Virus record (IMG/VR): IMGVR_UViG_3300044693_000257
Coordinates: 7,820 to 71,819 of that record
Reading direction: 5' to 3' (one strand)
Length of the DNA: 64,000 nucleotides
Source of the DNA: a virus
Lineage: Duplodnaviria; Caudoviricetes
Position 1 is the first letter of the stretch; each line of letters opens with the position of its first letter. Of this stretch, positions 7,487 through 17,211 are shown piece after piece. The notes under the pieces were generated by a model that worked only from the letters and a program-made list of their open reading frames with translations, had not been told where the DNA came from and did no database searches. The position numbers and the translations under genes are program-made.

Positions 7487-8626
7487 TCACCGCCGGTAGA
7501 TGCGCAGGTTGTTGATGGCGCGCGTATAGGCGGTGTACATCAGCTTGCTGTAGTCGCCCATCGGCTCCTCGATGACCAGCACACGGTCCCATTCGCTGCC
7601 CTGGCTCTTATGTACAGTGCAGCAATAGCCGAAATCGAAGCCGCCAACGCCCTTGAGCGCTTCTTTCCGGGTGTCTAAATCGTGGCTAAACGACAACGGA
7701 TTGAACATCATTCGGCGTTCTTTGCCATCCGTCAACGAGCGCAGGCGAATATAGATCATTTCGTCCGCCAGGTCTTCCTCAACATCGCGCACCGAATCAG
7801 GGATGTCCTCGTAACCGATGACGATGCCTTGCTCGCCGTTCATGAAGTTGTAGGTGTGCTGGTTGAACATGCACATCACCTTCTCACCCGGCATCGGCAG
7901 CTGATCCTTGTAGCCAAGCGCCTCGCGGATCGCCTGATTGGTTCCGACGCGAGTGTTGTTGTAGGAGCAAAGAATCTGCGAATCCTCGCCAACGTGCCCC
8001 AGCAAGTCATCCAGCGGCGGAATCCCAGAGCGCACCTGCACATCGTGGTATTCGCGCAGCGGCAAGCGCTTGCCTTGGCGGACGAACGATGCGCCGCGAA
8101 TGATATTGGAATCGCCCTTCTGGCGCTCGATCTGCGTTAGCGTGTGATCGACATGTTCAGGCGTCAGCGCTTGTGGCGCGTTGACCGGAAGTAGCTGGCC
8201 CAAGTCTCCGAGCGCGAGAACAGGAATGCCATGGCGCAAAACTGCCTGCATATCGCGCTGACCGACCATCGATGCCTCGTCCAGCACGACGAGCAACGGC
8301 TTATCGTCCAGAAATCCCTTCTCATGAAAAATCGGTTCGCCTTCCTCGTCCTCGCCGCGCACGTTGTAGGCGAAGCCGTGAAGTGTCTTTGCCAGCTTGC
8401 AGCCCTTCTGGCGCAGTCGGCTTGCGGCCTTCCCGGTAGGCGCAATATACACGACGCGGTACTCAGGCGCGCACTCTTCCGATCCTTTGCGAGCGGTGCT
8501 GGTCTTACCCGTACCGGCCTGGCCGTCCATGAAGAACACTTGTTTGCGGTGGCGTCCGTCCTGCCAGCCCTTGAACCACTTTCCAATACGCTCGATGCCT
8601 TGAAGCTGGCCTTCGTTGAATTCCAT
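7487..8626 (-). CDS. RecD/Dda-like SF1B DNA helicase
   Basis: GQAGTGKT (Walker A), APTGKAA, LDEASM, GDLGQL, ERQ, GYCCTVHKSQGSEW, YTAYTRA. Confidence 0.92.
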   Translation of the reverse strand: MEFNEGQLQGIERIGKWFKGWQDGRHRKQVFFMDGQAGTGKTSTARKGSEECAPEYRVVYIAPTGKAASRLRQKGCKLAKTLHGFAYNVRGEDEEGEPIFHEKGFLDDKPLLVVLDEASMVGQRDMQAVLRHGIPVLALGDLGQLLPVNAPQALTPEHVDHTLTQIERQKGDSNIIRGASFVRQGKRLPLREYHDVQVRSGIPPLDDLLGHVGEDSQILCSYNNTRVGTNQAIREALGYKDQLPMPGEKVMCMFNQHTYNFMNGEQGIVIGYEDIPDSVRDVEEDLADEMIYIRLRSLTDGKERRMMFNPLSFSHDLDTRKEALKGVGGFDFGYCCTVHKSQGSEWDRVLVIEEPMGDYSKLMYTAYTRAINNLRIYRR

Positions 8627-8634
8627 GATGGGTG

Positions 8635-8991
8635 TTACTCCGCGTCAGAGTTGATACGTTCGTTTTGATTGCTTTCCAGCATCGATTCGCGACGCACAGC
8701 CGCAGGATCGGTTATCAGGAAGGCGTGATGGGTGATGAGAGGGGCTTTTGCCGTCTTCGGCGTATAACTGCCGATGTACTCAAGGAACTGCTCGGGAACG
8801 TCAATGGTGTCGTAATCGGCCTTGGCGACGATGATCTTGTAAGCCTGCTCAGGCGGCGCGCAGAAGTCTTCGAGGACCGAGACGCACAGGCCGCGATGTT
8901 GGTCGAAATCTAGTCCGAGCAGCTTTGCGTTGCGCGGAAGGTATAGGGTATTCAGGAAACCAGACAGCGGCTTGTTACGGATGATAAGCAC
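8635..8991 (-). CDS. Hypothetical protein
   Basis: AAAGGAG RBS before GTG at 8991 (MLIIRNKPLSG). Confidence 0.6.
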   Translation of the reverse strand: MLIIRNKPLSGFLNTLYLPRNAKLLGLDFDQHRGLCVSVLEDFCAPPEQAYKIIVAKADYDTIDVPEQFLEYIGSYTPKTAKAPLITHHAFLITDPAAVRRESMLESNQNERINSDAE

Positions 8992-9223
8992 AATTCTTCT
9001 CCTTTCTATGGCACACATCGGCGATTTGTCCGAGTCGTTCATCACGAGCGACGGACTGAGTATAAGCGCACTCCAATGAGCGCGCTGCACACTGAGGATC
9101 GCGGATGCTTACGATTCGTAAGTTGAAATAGTTGACTCAACGACAGAACTTAAGGCGATACTTACCTGGTTCCTCGGACCTGCAGTTGAGGATCGGTAAA
9201 TACTACCAAGAAAGGAAGAGCAA

Positions 9224-10342
9224 GTGGCACAGACGCCCAGAGAAAGAACAGAAATCGCAGAGCGGTTCCTCTCGGAACTCGCCATGGGACTCCCAAAAGA
9301 CGAGCGCGTAATGGTCGGATACGCGGATGAGGCAACCGTCCAGACCGACTCCGAAGGCAAAAAACTCAACGCAGGCTGGTGGCCAGTTCCTTGGGCTCCC
9401 GGCAAGCACATCCGCGCGCAGGATAACTGCTATGTCTGCATTTCAAGTTCCATCCGCACTCCGAACCCACGCACTGGAGTTCTTCGGTATTGGAGAGGGG
9501 AAGCCAGCTTCGGGCACGGACTCGCCCTCATGGTGGACGATATTGGAACCGGAAAGGGAAGCAAAGGCGGACTCGTTCTCGACGACTTCTATGGGAAACT
9601 TCTTCCCACAGCAGTCGTCGAGACATCCCCTGGTAATCACCAATTGTGGTACTTCCTTGACCAGCCCTGCCCCAACCTTCGGCGATTCAAAGCATTCCTC
9701 ATGGGGTTTGTTGCCGAATGCCTTGTGGACAAGGGCGGCGATAGCACAATTCGAGACGTATCTCGGTACGGACGCATGCCTGTCGGCGTTAATAACAAAC
9801 GCGGCAAAGATGGCACCTTCAAGTATCCAGTTGGCAATGGCGTATTTGCAGTCAGACTCGTCGAAGCGGAGTATTCACGCCGATACAGCATGGATGAAAT
9901 CGCAGCTAGACTTGGCTTTTCAATCATTGAGCCAGTCGAAAGGCTTCTGACTCCTGAAGAAGAGGCGGAACGCGCAGAGACGTTGGCGTATGATGCCGTT
10001 TGGCTGCGCGCTTCGATACATGTACTGTCGCAAGCTAAAGCTGGGGAAAGCACAGGCGGCGAAGTCGCCATGAACATGTCTGGAAAGTATCGAATTCGTT
10101 GCCCCTGGGGCGAAGAACATTCCAACGGTGATCCATACGGCGCATATTTCCGCGAGAGGATACCGGGCGCGGAGTACGATTATGTATTTGGCTGCGGCCA
10201 CGATACTTGCCGCAAGGATTGGAAGCGAACGTGGGCAGCGTTCGTTGATAAAGTGGCGATACCGGCCATCGCAGAATCGTTGGAGAAAGCGAACCGGGAA
10301 TTGTTTGCATACGGGGTTGACGACTTCAAGGTGATCAAATGA
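9224..10342 (+). CDS. DNA primase, RepB-primase/AEP-like domain
   Basis: ALMVDDIG, AVVETSPGNHQLWYFL, RYGRMPVG, and a C-terminal CPW..EHS...CGHDTC Zn-binding motif. Confidence 0.82.
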   Translation: MAQTPRERTEIAERFLSELAMGLPKDERVMVGYADEATVQTDSEGKKLNAGWWPVPWAPGKHIRAQDNCYVCISSSIRTPNPRTGVLRYWRGEASFGHGLALMVDDIGTGKGSKGGLVLDDFYGKLLPTAVVETSPGNHQLWYFLDQPCPNLRRFKAFLMGFVAECLVDKGGDSTIRDVSRYGRMPVGVNNKRGKDGTFKYPVGNGVFAVRLVEAEYSRRYSMDEIAARLGFSIIEPVERLLTPEEEAERAETLAYDAVWLRASIHVLSQAKAGESTGGEVAMNMSGKYRIRCPWGEEHSNGDPYGAYFRERIPGAEYDYVFGCGHDTCRKDWKRTWAAFVDKVAIPAIAESLEKANRELFAYGVDDFKVIK

Positions 10343-10623
10343 ATAAGAAAGGCGCGTGGTTCAATGTGATTAAATCCGGGCGCGTGGTGGACTGCATCAA
10401 AGCGGCGGACATCGGAATTGCAGTTCAAGTCGCGATGGATAAATGGGAGCGATTCCTTGGCAGGGACGGCACGCTTTCAGTTGTGCCCGTCCCTGCCAAG
10501 TCAACGAAGCTGGTGCAACCCGCAACCCGCTCGGAAGTCGCGCGCTATGCGGGTTGGCCATACGACAATACCCAGTCGTTCAATTACTGGACGCGTCCAA
10601 ACATTGCTGCGCAGGGGAAGTAA
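10339..10623 (+). CDS. Hypothetical protein
   Basis: ATGA overlap with the primase stop; abuts the helicase gene. Confidence 0.6.
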   Translation: MNKKGAWFNVIKSGRVVDCIKAADIGIAVQVAMDKWERFLGRDGTLSVVPVPAKSTKLVQPATRSEVARYAGWPYDNTQSFNYWTRPNIAAQGK

Positions 10624-10626
10624 CAA

Positions 10627-12216
10627 ATGTCCATTGACTTTGATGATGCGATGGACGGGGCGATGGAAGAGGGTGTTGGAAAGGCAGAGGAGTTGAAGGC
10701 CAGGCAGCTAGCTGCACGTGAGTTGGTGGAAGAGACGGCAACGCAGATGCGGAAGGAAAAGGACATCGTTGCAAGAGCGCGGCAACTGTTTGTATCCGGC
10801 GCAATCCAGTATGCGGACGTGAAGAAGATCAGACAGGGCGACTCATTCGTCTCACAACCGTTGATGACCGATCAGAACAAGAAGCTGGTGCTGGACTCAA
10901 TGTTCAAAGACGAGGAAGAGCTGCCACGGCACGATCTGTTTCGCGGGCGCGTCGTGGACCACAACGGCGACATCATCGATGACCACTATCCGGTTCTCAA
11001 CTGGGTCGAAGCGTTTGCTGCAGCCGGATTGAAAGGAGCAACAGCAAAAGGCACGCGCGAGTTCCTGCGCGAATGGGCATTCCACAATAAGCAAAATGAC
11101 CTGATACGGCACGTAGAAGATACGATGCCGGTGTGGGATGGGCAAAGCCGTCTGGAGACGAAGCTGATTGAAATTTTCGAGTGCAACGACACGCCTCTTA
11201 ATCGCAACTTCGGCAAGTATTTCTGGCTATCGCTCTATGCGCGCGTATTGATGCCCGGTGCGCTTGCGCCTATCGTGTTGTCGTTGTTTGGTGCGCAGGG
11301 TTGCGGCAAGTCGCGTTTCACCAAGGCACTGTCCCAAATCATCACTGGTGATGAAGAATCGGATTCGGTGCAGTTGAACCTGGACGGTAACAAGATCGAC
11401 TTCCTGCGCGACATCACAGGGCACTCGGTCATCGCAAATATCGGCGAAATGACCGGCTTCAATCGCGGCGACCTGAACAAGATTAAAGAGTTCGTCACAC
11501 GCCCTGCTGATCCGATGCACCACAAGTTTGAAGGGCATTTCTTGCAGCAGCGGCAATGGATCGCCGTGATGGACGGCAACAAGTATGAAGGGATGCAGCG
11601 TGACGAGACTGGCAATCGCCGTTTCTATCCGATCTTCTGCGGCCAGCTACCTGACTATCTCGGCAAGCCCGATTGGCGCAAGGACTTTGTGGTGAAGGAT
11701 TCCGTCTGGGAAACCCTCCACGAGGACGTGTGGCAGATCATGGCGGAGTGCGCCGCGTGGTTCGAAGAGAACGGCGAAGGCATGTATGCGCGTTTTGTTG
11801 GCGACGTCATCCGTCAGGTCAGTGAATTTTCCAAGGCCGAAATGGCGCGAGACTCCGGCACGATTCAGGATGATGTGTTCGAGGTCTATCTCGTGCCGAT
11901 GCTGAAAGAGGGGCCGAAGTTCGTCTGGACCAACAAGCAAGGTGTTAAAGCGGTTGGCGTTCGCACTGGAGAGTTCAAGCGGTACTTCATGGACTCGCTC
12001 CGCCATATTAAGCCGAATTGGCGTCACCTGAAGAACAAGATGATGGCTCTGGGTGCTGTGGAGCACGCATTCACAGGCGGTTATCCGGGCTATTTGTTCC
12101 CAGATTTCCACACCATAGAGGAGTTTGTTGAGTCAGTCGGCGTAGTCCGTGATTTCACGTCGGACGGTTCTGTTGAGAAGTACGTGCCAGGCGAGAAGCC
12201 GGATGGAGGATTTTAG
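10627..12216 (+). CDS. VapE-like (virulence-associated E) SF3-type primase-associated helicase/ATPase
   Basis: LSLFGAQGCGKS (Walker A), NIGEM, RQWIAVMDGN, RDETGNRRFYPI. Confidence 0.85.
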   Translation: MSIDFDDAMDGAMEEGVGKAEELKARQLAARELVEETATQMRKEKDIVARARQLFVSGAIQYADVKKIRQGDSFVSQPLMTDQNKKLVLDSMFKDEEELPRHDLFRGRVVDHNGDIIDDHYPVLNWVEAFAAAGLKGATAKGTREFLREWAFHNKQNDLIRHVEDTMPVWDGQSRLETKLIEIFECNDTPLNRNFGKYFWLSLYARVLMPGALAPIVLSLFGAQGCGKSRFTKALSQIITGDEESDSVQLNLDGNKIDFLRDITGHSVIANIGEMTGFNRGDLNKIKEFVTRPADPMHHKFEGHFLQQRQWIAVMDGNKYEGMQRDETGNRRFYPIFCGQLPDYLGKPDWRKDFVVKDSVWETLHEDVWQIMAECAAWFEENGEGMYARFVGDVIRQVSEFSKAEMARDSGTIQDDVFEVYLVPMLKEGPKFVWTNKQGVKAVGVRTGEFKRYFMDSLRHIKPNWRHLKNKMMALGAVEHAFTGGYPGYLFPDFHTIEEFVESVGVVRDFTSDGSVEKYVPGEKPDGGF

Positions 12217-12220
12217 AATC

Positions 12221-12535
12221 ATGGATAAGATTGACTATGTGAAGATATTCGCCAAGGTGGCAACCAGCTGCGCCTATATCTGTCGTGAAAGTGGAGCGGG
12301 GTGCGGCAATATGGCGCTCGTGAACAGCAACCTTCCTTCCGCAATTCGATTGCAATTCCATCAGGTTGGACGGGATGATGTGTGGATTGATTCGAACATG
12401 GATCGGTTGGTGGTTGAGGTTATATCATTTGTTCGCCGGAAAGGGGCTGTTGCACATGTATTCAAGGAAAGTGAACTTGGGTTCATCTTTCCTGGTGTGA
12501 TGAATTTTGATCATCTGGCGAAGTCATTTGGGTGA
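12221..12535 (+). CDS. Hypothetical protein
   Basis: GGAGG upstream of MDKIDY, immediately after the helicase stop. Confidence 0.55.
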   Translation: MDKIDYVKIFAKVATSCAYICRESGAGCGNMALVNSNLPSAIRLQFHQVGRDDVWIDSNMDRLVVEVISFVRRKGAVAHVFKESELGFIFPGVMNFDHLAKSFG

Positions 12536-12539
12536 GTTT

Positions 12540-13140
12540 GATAGCTCATGGTTGATGGAGCCGCGTACATCGCGGCTTTATTTTTTGATGCTGATGGACA
12601 TTGATTTGCGATGCCTACTATACTTTGTGGATTTAGTCAATACCCTGAATTCGAACACATTTGAAGGGAGTTGACCAATTTGGCCAACTCGATCGGACAT
12701 CGTAAGTTCTTGATTCTGTGTGTGATTTCGTTGGCCCGTTGAGAATTGGGATAGTTGCAACAGACCCGCAACCACCTATACCCCATTGCTTTACCTATAT
12801 ACGATCTATACCTACTCAATTATTACAATTATTCAACTTAACACTCATCGAGCCTTATCCCGCTTGGGTCAAAGAAATTGGATTTCGCGTTGTTCGCGGC
12901 TAACCGAGTTGAATTACTCAACGTACAGTGTCCAAACCCATTGAATTGGAGTTCACCGACTTGCGGCTGTGTCCGTTGGTCACAAGCCTGCGCTCCTCCA
13001 TCAAACTTCGGACAGCGGCTGAATCAATGGCGCCAAACAGTCAGCAACACGCACGAAGTCAGTGAATAAAGCAACATGATTTAACACTCCACACACGTAC
13101 AATCGTTCGCATTGACACTCACACATTAAAGCGAGCAATC
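12540..13140. other. Long AT-rich non-coding region (candidate origin, pac or regulatory region)
   Basis: About 600 bp with no credible ORF, including an A/T/C-rich tract at ~12760-12850; lies between the replication genes and terS. Confidence 0.5.
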
Positions 13141-13143
13141 ATC

Positions 13144-13749
13144 ATGGCCCGCATGAAGGATCAGCAAGAGTACCAATCGCGAAAGAATGACGAGCGTGGC
13201 TATGAGCCAGGCCAGGACATACTCACAACCAACATCCTTGGTCCACAGTACTTTCGCAATGAGCAGTTTGCGCTGGACAACCTCGAAATCGTCAGCGAAT
13301 ACGCCGACTATCGCGTTGCAGGCTATAGCGCAGAACGGGCATTCCTGCGCGTGTTCGGAACGGACTACGCAGACCTGTACTTGGATCGGCGCATCGAGGC
13401 CCTTGAACACAACATCGTCTATCGCAAGGTATTCGCAGAAAAGTTCGGCCAGACGCAGCCGAGCCAGATGTGGGATGCCAAGATGGCAGTGTATGAGTTA
13501 CTGTCGCTCGCCAATAACGGCATGACGAAGTGCAGCACCAAACTCGCGGCCATCAAGGAGTTGAACATTCTGCTTGGCGTCACCGTTGTGGACGATAAAG
13601 GCATCACGCGTGCCGGTAGCAGCCTGGATGATTTCTACAAGAACAGCCACGCAGCCAAGCAAGCTGCTGAAACCGGACGGCATCCGGAGCCTGGCACGGA
13701 CGCAGCGAGGGCATACGTCGAGGATTCGGACGAGATTGGCGGGAGTTAA
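13144..13749 (+). CDS. Probable terminase small subunit
   Basis: EYADYRVAGYSAERAFLRVFG...KLAAIKELNILLG resembles the TerS helical DNA-binding/oligomer pattern; late-gene orientation. Confidence 0.6.
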   Translation: MARMKDQQEYQSRKNDERGYEPGQDILTTNILGPQYFRNEQFALDNLEIVSEYADYRVAGYSAERAFLRVFGTDYADLYLDRRIEALEHNIVYRKVFAEKFGQTQPSQMWDAKMAVYELLSLANNGMTKCSTKLAAIKELNILLGVTVVDDKGITRAGSSLDDFYKNSHAAKQAAETGRHPEPGTDAARAYVEDSDEIGGS

Positions 13750-13828
13750 TGCGCCTCGGACACATTATTTGGTACCAAGGCTGTGTTCGAGTAGGATCGG
13801 GTGGGGCGTAGGGTGGAGTAGATGTGAC

Positions 13829-13855
13829 AAAGGCCGGGGACACCGGCCTTTCTTT
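13829..13855. terminator. Bidirectional Rho-independent terminator
   Basis: AAAGGCCGG-GGACA-CCGGCCTTT(CTTT) between convergent genes. Confidence 0.8.
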
Positions 13856-13870
13856 GTCTGGAACGGTCGA

Positions 13871-14113
13871 TCAAGACAGCACGTCAACCAACTCCTTTCG
13901 TTTGGCGATGATGAAGTTGACCACGTCACACTCTTCGAGCGGATAGCGTCTGGTGTGTTGCCGCAGTATGGCTGAGACGGCATGCTGCATGCGCGAGATT
14001 GCACCGTTGCGCCTCGCTTCCAACTCCTTCATCGTTGCCGCAAGCTGATTGAATGAATCCTCGTCCGCCTGCGTCCATTGTTTCTCTTCCACGCCTTCCA
14101 TTGCACACCTCAT
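13871..14113 (-). CDS. Hypothetical protein
   Basis: ATGA overlap with the upstream gene. Confidence 0.6.
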   Translation of the reverse strand: MRCAMEGVEEKQWTQADEDSFNQLAATMKELEARRNGAISRMQHAVSAILRQHTRRYPLEECDVVNFIIAKRKELVDVLS

Positions 14114-14328
14114 TCATTAGTGTCACGTTGAACGTCAAAGCTGATCCTGTCGATGACAAGTATAGCTCCAGGCTTGCCGACGAATCCGATCACTGCAGCA
14201 CGTTCGATATTCCCCATGCGCGCGAAGCCCTTCATCATCCCCATATCGACCGGGATGCAAAACGATACGACATCGCCCTTGGTGAGCACATCGCCTTCCT
14301 TCAATTCCACTGCTGAAACTCTCATCAC
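14110..14328 (-). CDS. Hypothetical protein
   Basis: Translationally coupled chain of small ORFs. Confidence 0.6.
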   Translation of the reverse strand: MMRVSAVELKEGDVLTKGDVVSFCIPVDMGMMKGFARMGNIERAAVIGFVGKPGAILVIDRISFDVQRDTNE

Positions 14329-14543
14329 CTTCCCCTGTGGTACAATCGCATCGCCTCGTGAGCTACACTTTGATTTGGCGATGTCATAGGTGTCCCGTCA
14401 TTGACAGACCAAAGTTTGACGAGCGCATATCCGTTGCCGACTGGTTGTGCGACGGCAATCATGACGCATTTTCCATCATCGTTGACGTGCACGTGATACA
14501 TACGGCCGGAACGGTTCACTTTTATGTGACTCTGTGTTGGCAT
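14325..14543 (-). CDS. Hypothetical protein
   Basis: GAGGAG RBS; coupled to the next ORF. Confidence 0.6.
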   Translation of the reverse strand: MPTQSHIKVNRSGRMYHVHVNDDGKCVMIAVAQPVGNGYALVKLWSVNDGTPMTSPNQSVAHEAMRLYHRGR

Positions 14544-14615
14544 GGTAGGCTCCTCGGAATGAGCCAGGCCATTGTACGATGAACGTGATTCGTCGTATGT
14601 AACGATTGGTAACGG

Positions 14616-14846
14616 TCAGCCCTGTCCTGCGGACGCCTCCATCGCAGCCTTCACGGCGGTGTGCGCAGTCCCAGGCATCTTCTCGCCGTGTTCTTCGAGC
14701 GACCACAAGCATTGTCGGCGAGGATGAGTGGCGCTCACATGCAGGTGCACGGACAGCGGCTGGCTCGCAGCGAACTCGACATCATAGATGTTGCCATGCG
14801 CGCTGCAGCGCACCATCCGTGTTCGTTTGAATTCTGATGAATACAT
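14616..14846 (-). CDS. Hypothetical protein
   Basis: Starts 3 nt after the upstream stop. Confidence 0.55.
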   Translation of the reverse strand: MYSSEFKRTRMVRCSAHGNIYDVEFAASQPLSVHLHVSATHPRRQCLWSLEEHGEKMPGTAHTAVKAAMEASAGQG

Positions 14847-14849
14847 TCA

Positions 14850-15182
14850 TCACCCAATCCAGTAGCAGACATAATCTGGCGACGCGCCGTGCTCTGGGAT
14901 CGGTTCATCAGCGGCATAGGCCAAGTGTCGATACTCGCAGCACGGAACGCGCCAGCCCTCTTGCTCGCGCTTCTCGCTGAAGTAGTCCTTGACTAGTTCG
15001 ATGGCCTCGTTGCGGGTCAACTTGATCGACGTGCGCTTGCCTTGAGGATAGTGGTGCGAGTCGTCCTCGGCAATTGCCACTGATAGTGATGCGTGAGCGC
15101 AGAACGTCGTCCCAGGAAGGGCGCGCTTGATCCAAGCCACAGCGGATTCGCGCGTGAGTTTTTGGCGCGTCTGGATGGACAT
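14850..15182 (-). CDS. Hypothetical protein
   Basis: AAGGAGG RBS before MSIQTRQ. Confidence 0.65.
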   Translation of the reverse strand: MSIQTRQKLTRESAVAWIKRALPGTTFCAHASLSVAIAEDDSHHYPQGKRTSIKLTRNEAIELVKDYFSEKREQEGWRVPCCEYRHLAYAADEPIPEHGASPDYVCYWIG

Positions 15183-15207
15183 AATGGCCTCCTTGTTTGG
15201 GTGAGGG

Positions 15208-15414
15208 TCAAAATCCTTCATTCGATGCCTTGAGCTTTCCTGCAGCGGCCATGACCTTCCGGCGCAACTCAGGATCGTTGATATCAGAGGCCAGGTACTT
15301 TGCCTGGACCAGGAGGGCATTGGCCTCCTCGATTGCAGAGGCAGCGTTGCCCAGCAGACGTATCGCGTGCGCGAGCGCTTCCAGGTCCGCCTGCTTATCG
15401 GTGAACGTGGTCAT
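15208..15414 (-). CDS. Small coiled-coil hypothetical protein
   Basis: Amphipathic helical 68-aa ORF. Confidence 0.6.
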   Translation of the reverse strand: MTTFTDKQADLEALAHAIRLLGNAASAIEEANALLVQAKYLASDINDPELRRKVMAAAGKLKASNEGF

Positions 15415-15466
15415 GATTGATCCTAGGATCGAGCGCGACCGATCAGCCGCGCCCTGTAAGGTCAGA

Positions 15467-15811
15467 TTACGAGCAGGCGCGCAGGAAGTTCAGCGACTCT
15501 TCAATCTGGCGGATTTCGGCCGCAACGGCATCGCGTATATGGACGGGCCTGGCATAATGGCCGTCATTGTCCCTCGTCAGCGCGGCAATCTTCTCTGCGC
15601 CTTCGCGGGTGAACCGGACGGCCAGATGGGCGCGCGTAACGCGAGGGGAGTGGACCTTGCTGCCGTCGTGCTTGTAGGTTAGCGACAGGCCGTCTGCGGA
15701 TTGGACGATGTATCCTGCACCGTTTGGGATGTGGTGAAGGCGCTCGCGGACATCAAGGAGTTCCTCGCGCATGCCTTCGAGTTGTGCAATCAGGGTCTGC
15801 TTCGTATCCAT
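15467..15811 (-). CDS. Hypothetical protein
   Basis: AGGAG RBS, phage-like codon use. Confidence 0.65.
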   Translation of the reverse strand: MDTKQTLIAQLEGMREELLDVRERLHHIPNGAGYIVQSADGLSLTYKHDGSKVHSPRVTRAHLAVRFTREGAEKIAALTRDNDGHYARPVHIRDAVAAEIRQIEESLNFLRACS

Positions 15812-15895
15812 ACTTGGCTCCTGGTTCGGTACTACACTGGGTTGGTGCTACTGGGATCAGGCCGCACCGTGCTGATCAACGCGCCTTCTTTCTCC

Positions 15896-16090
15896 TCAGA
15901 ATTCGCTCAACACTTCGCCGCCGTTCCATTCAAGGAAATCGGTTTTGTCTGCAAGCCCGCTGTTACGAGCAGCACGCTCGACACAGTCCTCGGCGCTAGA
16001 CCCTTCGTTCATCATGTCCGTGCAATCCTCTCGATACTCGGAAAGGTCGCCGTTCTTCATCCAGGCCCGAACCACTGCGGTCTTCGACAT
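15896..16090 (-). CDS. Hypothetical protein
   Basis: GAGGAGAAGGA RBS just downstream of a promoter. Confidence 0.65.
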   Translation of the reverse strand: MSKTAVVRAWMKNGDLSEYREDCTDMMNEGSSAEDCVERAARNSGLADKTDFLEWNGGEVLSEF

Positions 16091-16126
16091 TTCCTTCTCC
16101 TCACAAGTTCGTTCAACCTGAGAAGA

Positions 16127-16194
16127 ATTATGCCTGAGTCAACTGACCCAGGCAACAGATTTTTGAAGTGAGCGACACTAGGACAAACACCTAT
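16127..16194 (-). promoter_or_regulatory. Sigma70-like early promoter with upstream palindrome
   Basis: TTGCCT-17-CATAAT on the minus strand, plus TAGG-ACAAACA-CCTA about 22 bp upstream of the -35. Confidence 0.7.
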
Positions 16195-16481
16195 CTTTGA
16201 TCCAGCCTTGTGCGCCTTTGGCTTTGGTGACGAAGACAGACACCTATGCTGAGAACCGCCAGACCAGGAGGCAGGCCGTACCCTCGCTGAACGTGGCTAA
16301 TCAGGGCGGTAATCTCTCGCCCTGTGGCCCAGTCAGAGCCTGGCGACTCCAATTCCAGCAACGTGATGGTGTCTCCGACACTAAAGATTCGGTCGTCCTC
16401 TCGCCGAACCTCTGCCAGCTTGCCCTTGTCCCACACATCGCCAAACGGAACAGGATGACTCTTTAAAATGTGGATTGCCAT
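16191..16481 (-). CDS. ASCH/PUA-fold DUF3850-like protein
   Basis: HILKSHPVPFGDVWDKGKLAEVRREDDRIFSVGDTITLLE...TGREITALISHV...GLPPGLAVLSI. Confidence 0.75.
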   Translation of the reverse strand: MAIHILKSHPVPFGDVWDKGKLAEVRREDDRIFSVGDTITLLELESPGSDWATGREITALISHVQRGYGLPPGLAVLSIGVCLRHQSQRRTRLDQR

Positions 16482-16482
16482 A

Positions 16483-16722
16483 CTAAATCTCGAACGTGAC
16501 AGGATCGCGCGCCCGCCCCTCGGCAATTGCCAGGCGCAGCTGCTGGTCGTGCTCCAGCTTGTGGGCGGGCGACGTTCCGAAGTAGCACGGCACCCACTTG
16601 TCCAAGACCATCTGGCTGGACTCGTACACCACGATGGCGGTGTAGCCCTTGTCCTTGAGCGACGACACATCAGCGGCAGTCAGGCCCAACTCGTCCATCT
16701 TCTGTTTGGTTAGCTTTGCCAT
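16483..16722 (-). CDS. Hypothetical protein
   Basis: TAATG coupling. Confidence 0.6.
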   Translation of the reverse strand: MAKLTKQKMDELGLTAADVSSLKDKGYTAIVVYESSQMVLDKWVPCYFGTSPAHKLEHDQQLRLAIAEGRARDPVTFEI

Positions 16723-16922
16723 TACGCAATCTCGAAGTCGTGGCGGGAACCGTCTGTGTAATGCTCGGTCACCGTGATTGATAGGCCCGCATCGCGAGCG
16801 CGCAGGATGGAGGCACGGCTGTTGGCCCGTTGGCGCGCGACGGTTGCGCCCAGGTTTGCCGCGTTATATGTTGTACGCTCTCCTTGGCACACCACTGCCA
16901 CCATATCCAGCTGCTTGTACAT
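16722..16922 (-). CDS. Hypothetical protein
   Basis: GGAG RBS; coupled to the next ORF. Confidence 0.6.
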   Translation of the reverse strand: MYKQLDMVAVVCQGERTTYNAANLGATVARQRANSRASILRARDAGLSITVTEHYTDGSRHDFEIA

Positions 16923-16975
16923 ATTCTATACACTCCGAATTGATATCCCTTGGCGTAACGGGCTTGTTGAAGGAT

Positions 16976-17158
16976 TCACTGAAAAGGTTTGGTTGGCTCA
17001 AGGCCCTTTTCCTTGGCGTCAGCCATGGCCTTTCTGCCACATTTGATGTAGACTCGCTCGGTGTTGCCTGTCCGTGGGTCGTTAAGCCATTCCAAGCGCA
17101 TGACGCATGCCGCTAGAGCGTCGAGCAATTGCTTCGTGAGGTCGTCTTTGGCGTTCAT
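16976..17158 (-). CDS. Hypothetical protein
   Basis: GGAG RBS before MNAKDD. Confidence 0.55.
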   Translation of the reverse strand: MNAKDDLTKQLLDALAACVMRLEWLNDPRTGNTERVYIKCGRKAMADAKEKGLEPTKPFQ

Positions 17159-17211
17159 GTCCGACTCCATTCGGTTGGATGTGATGCGGTATGAATTTAG
17201 TATAGAACTAG

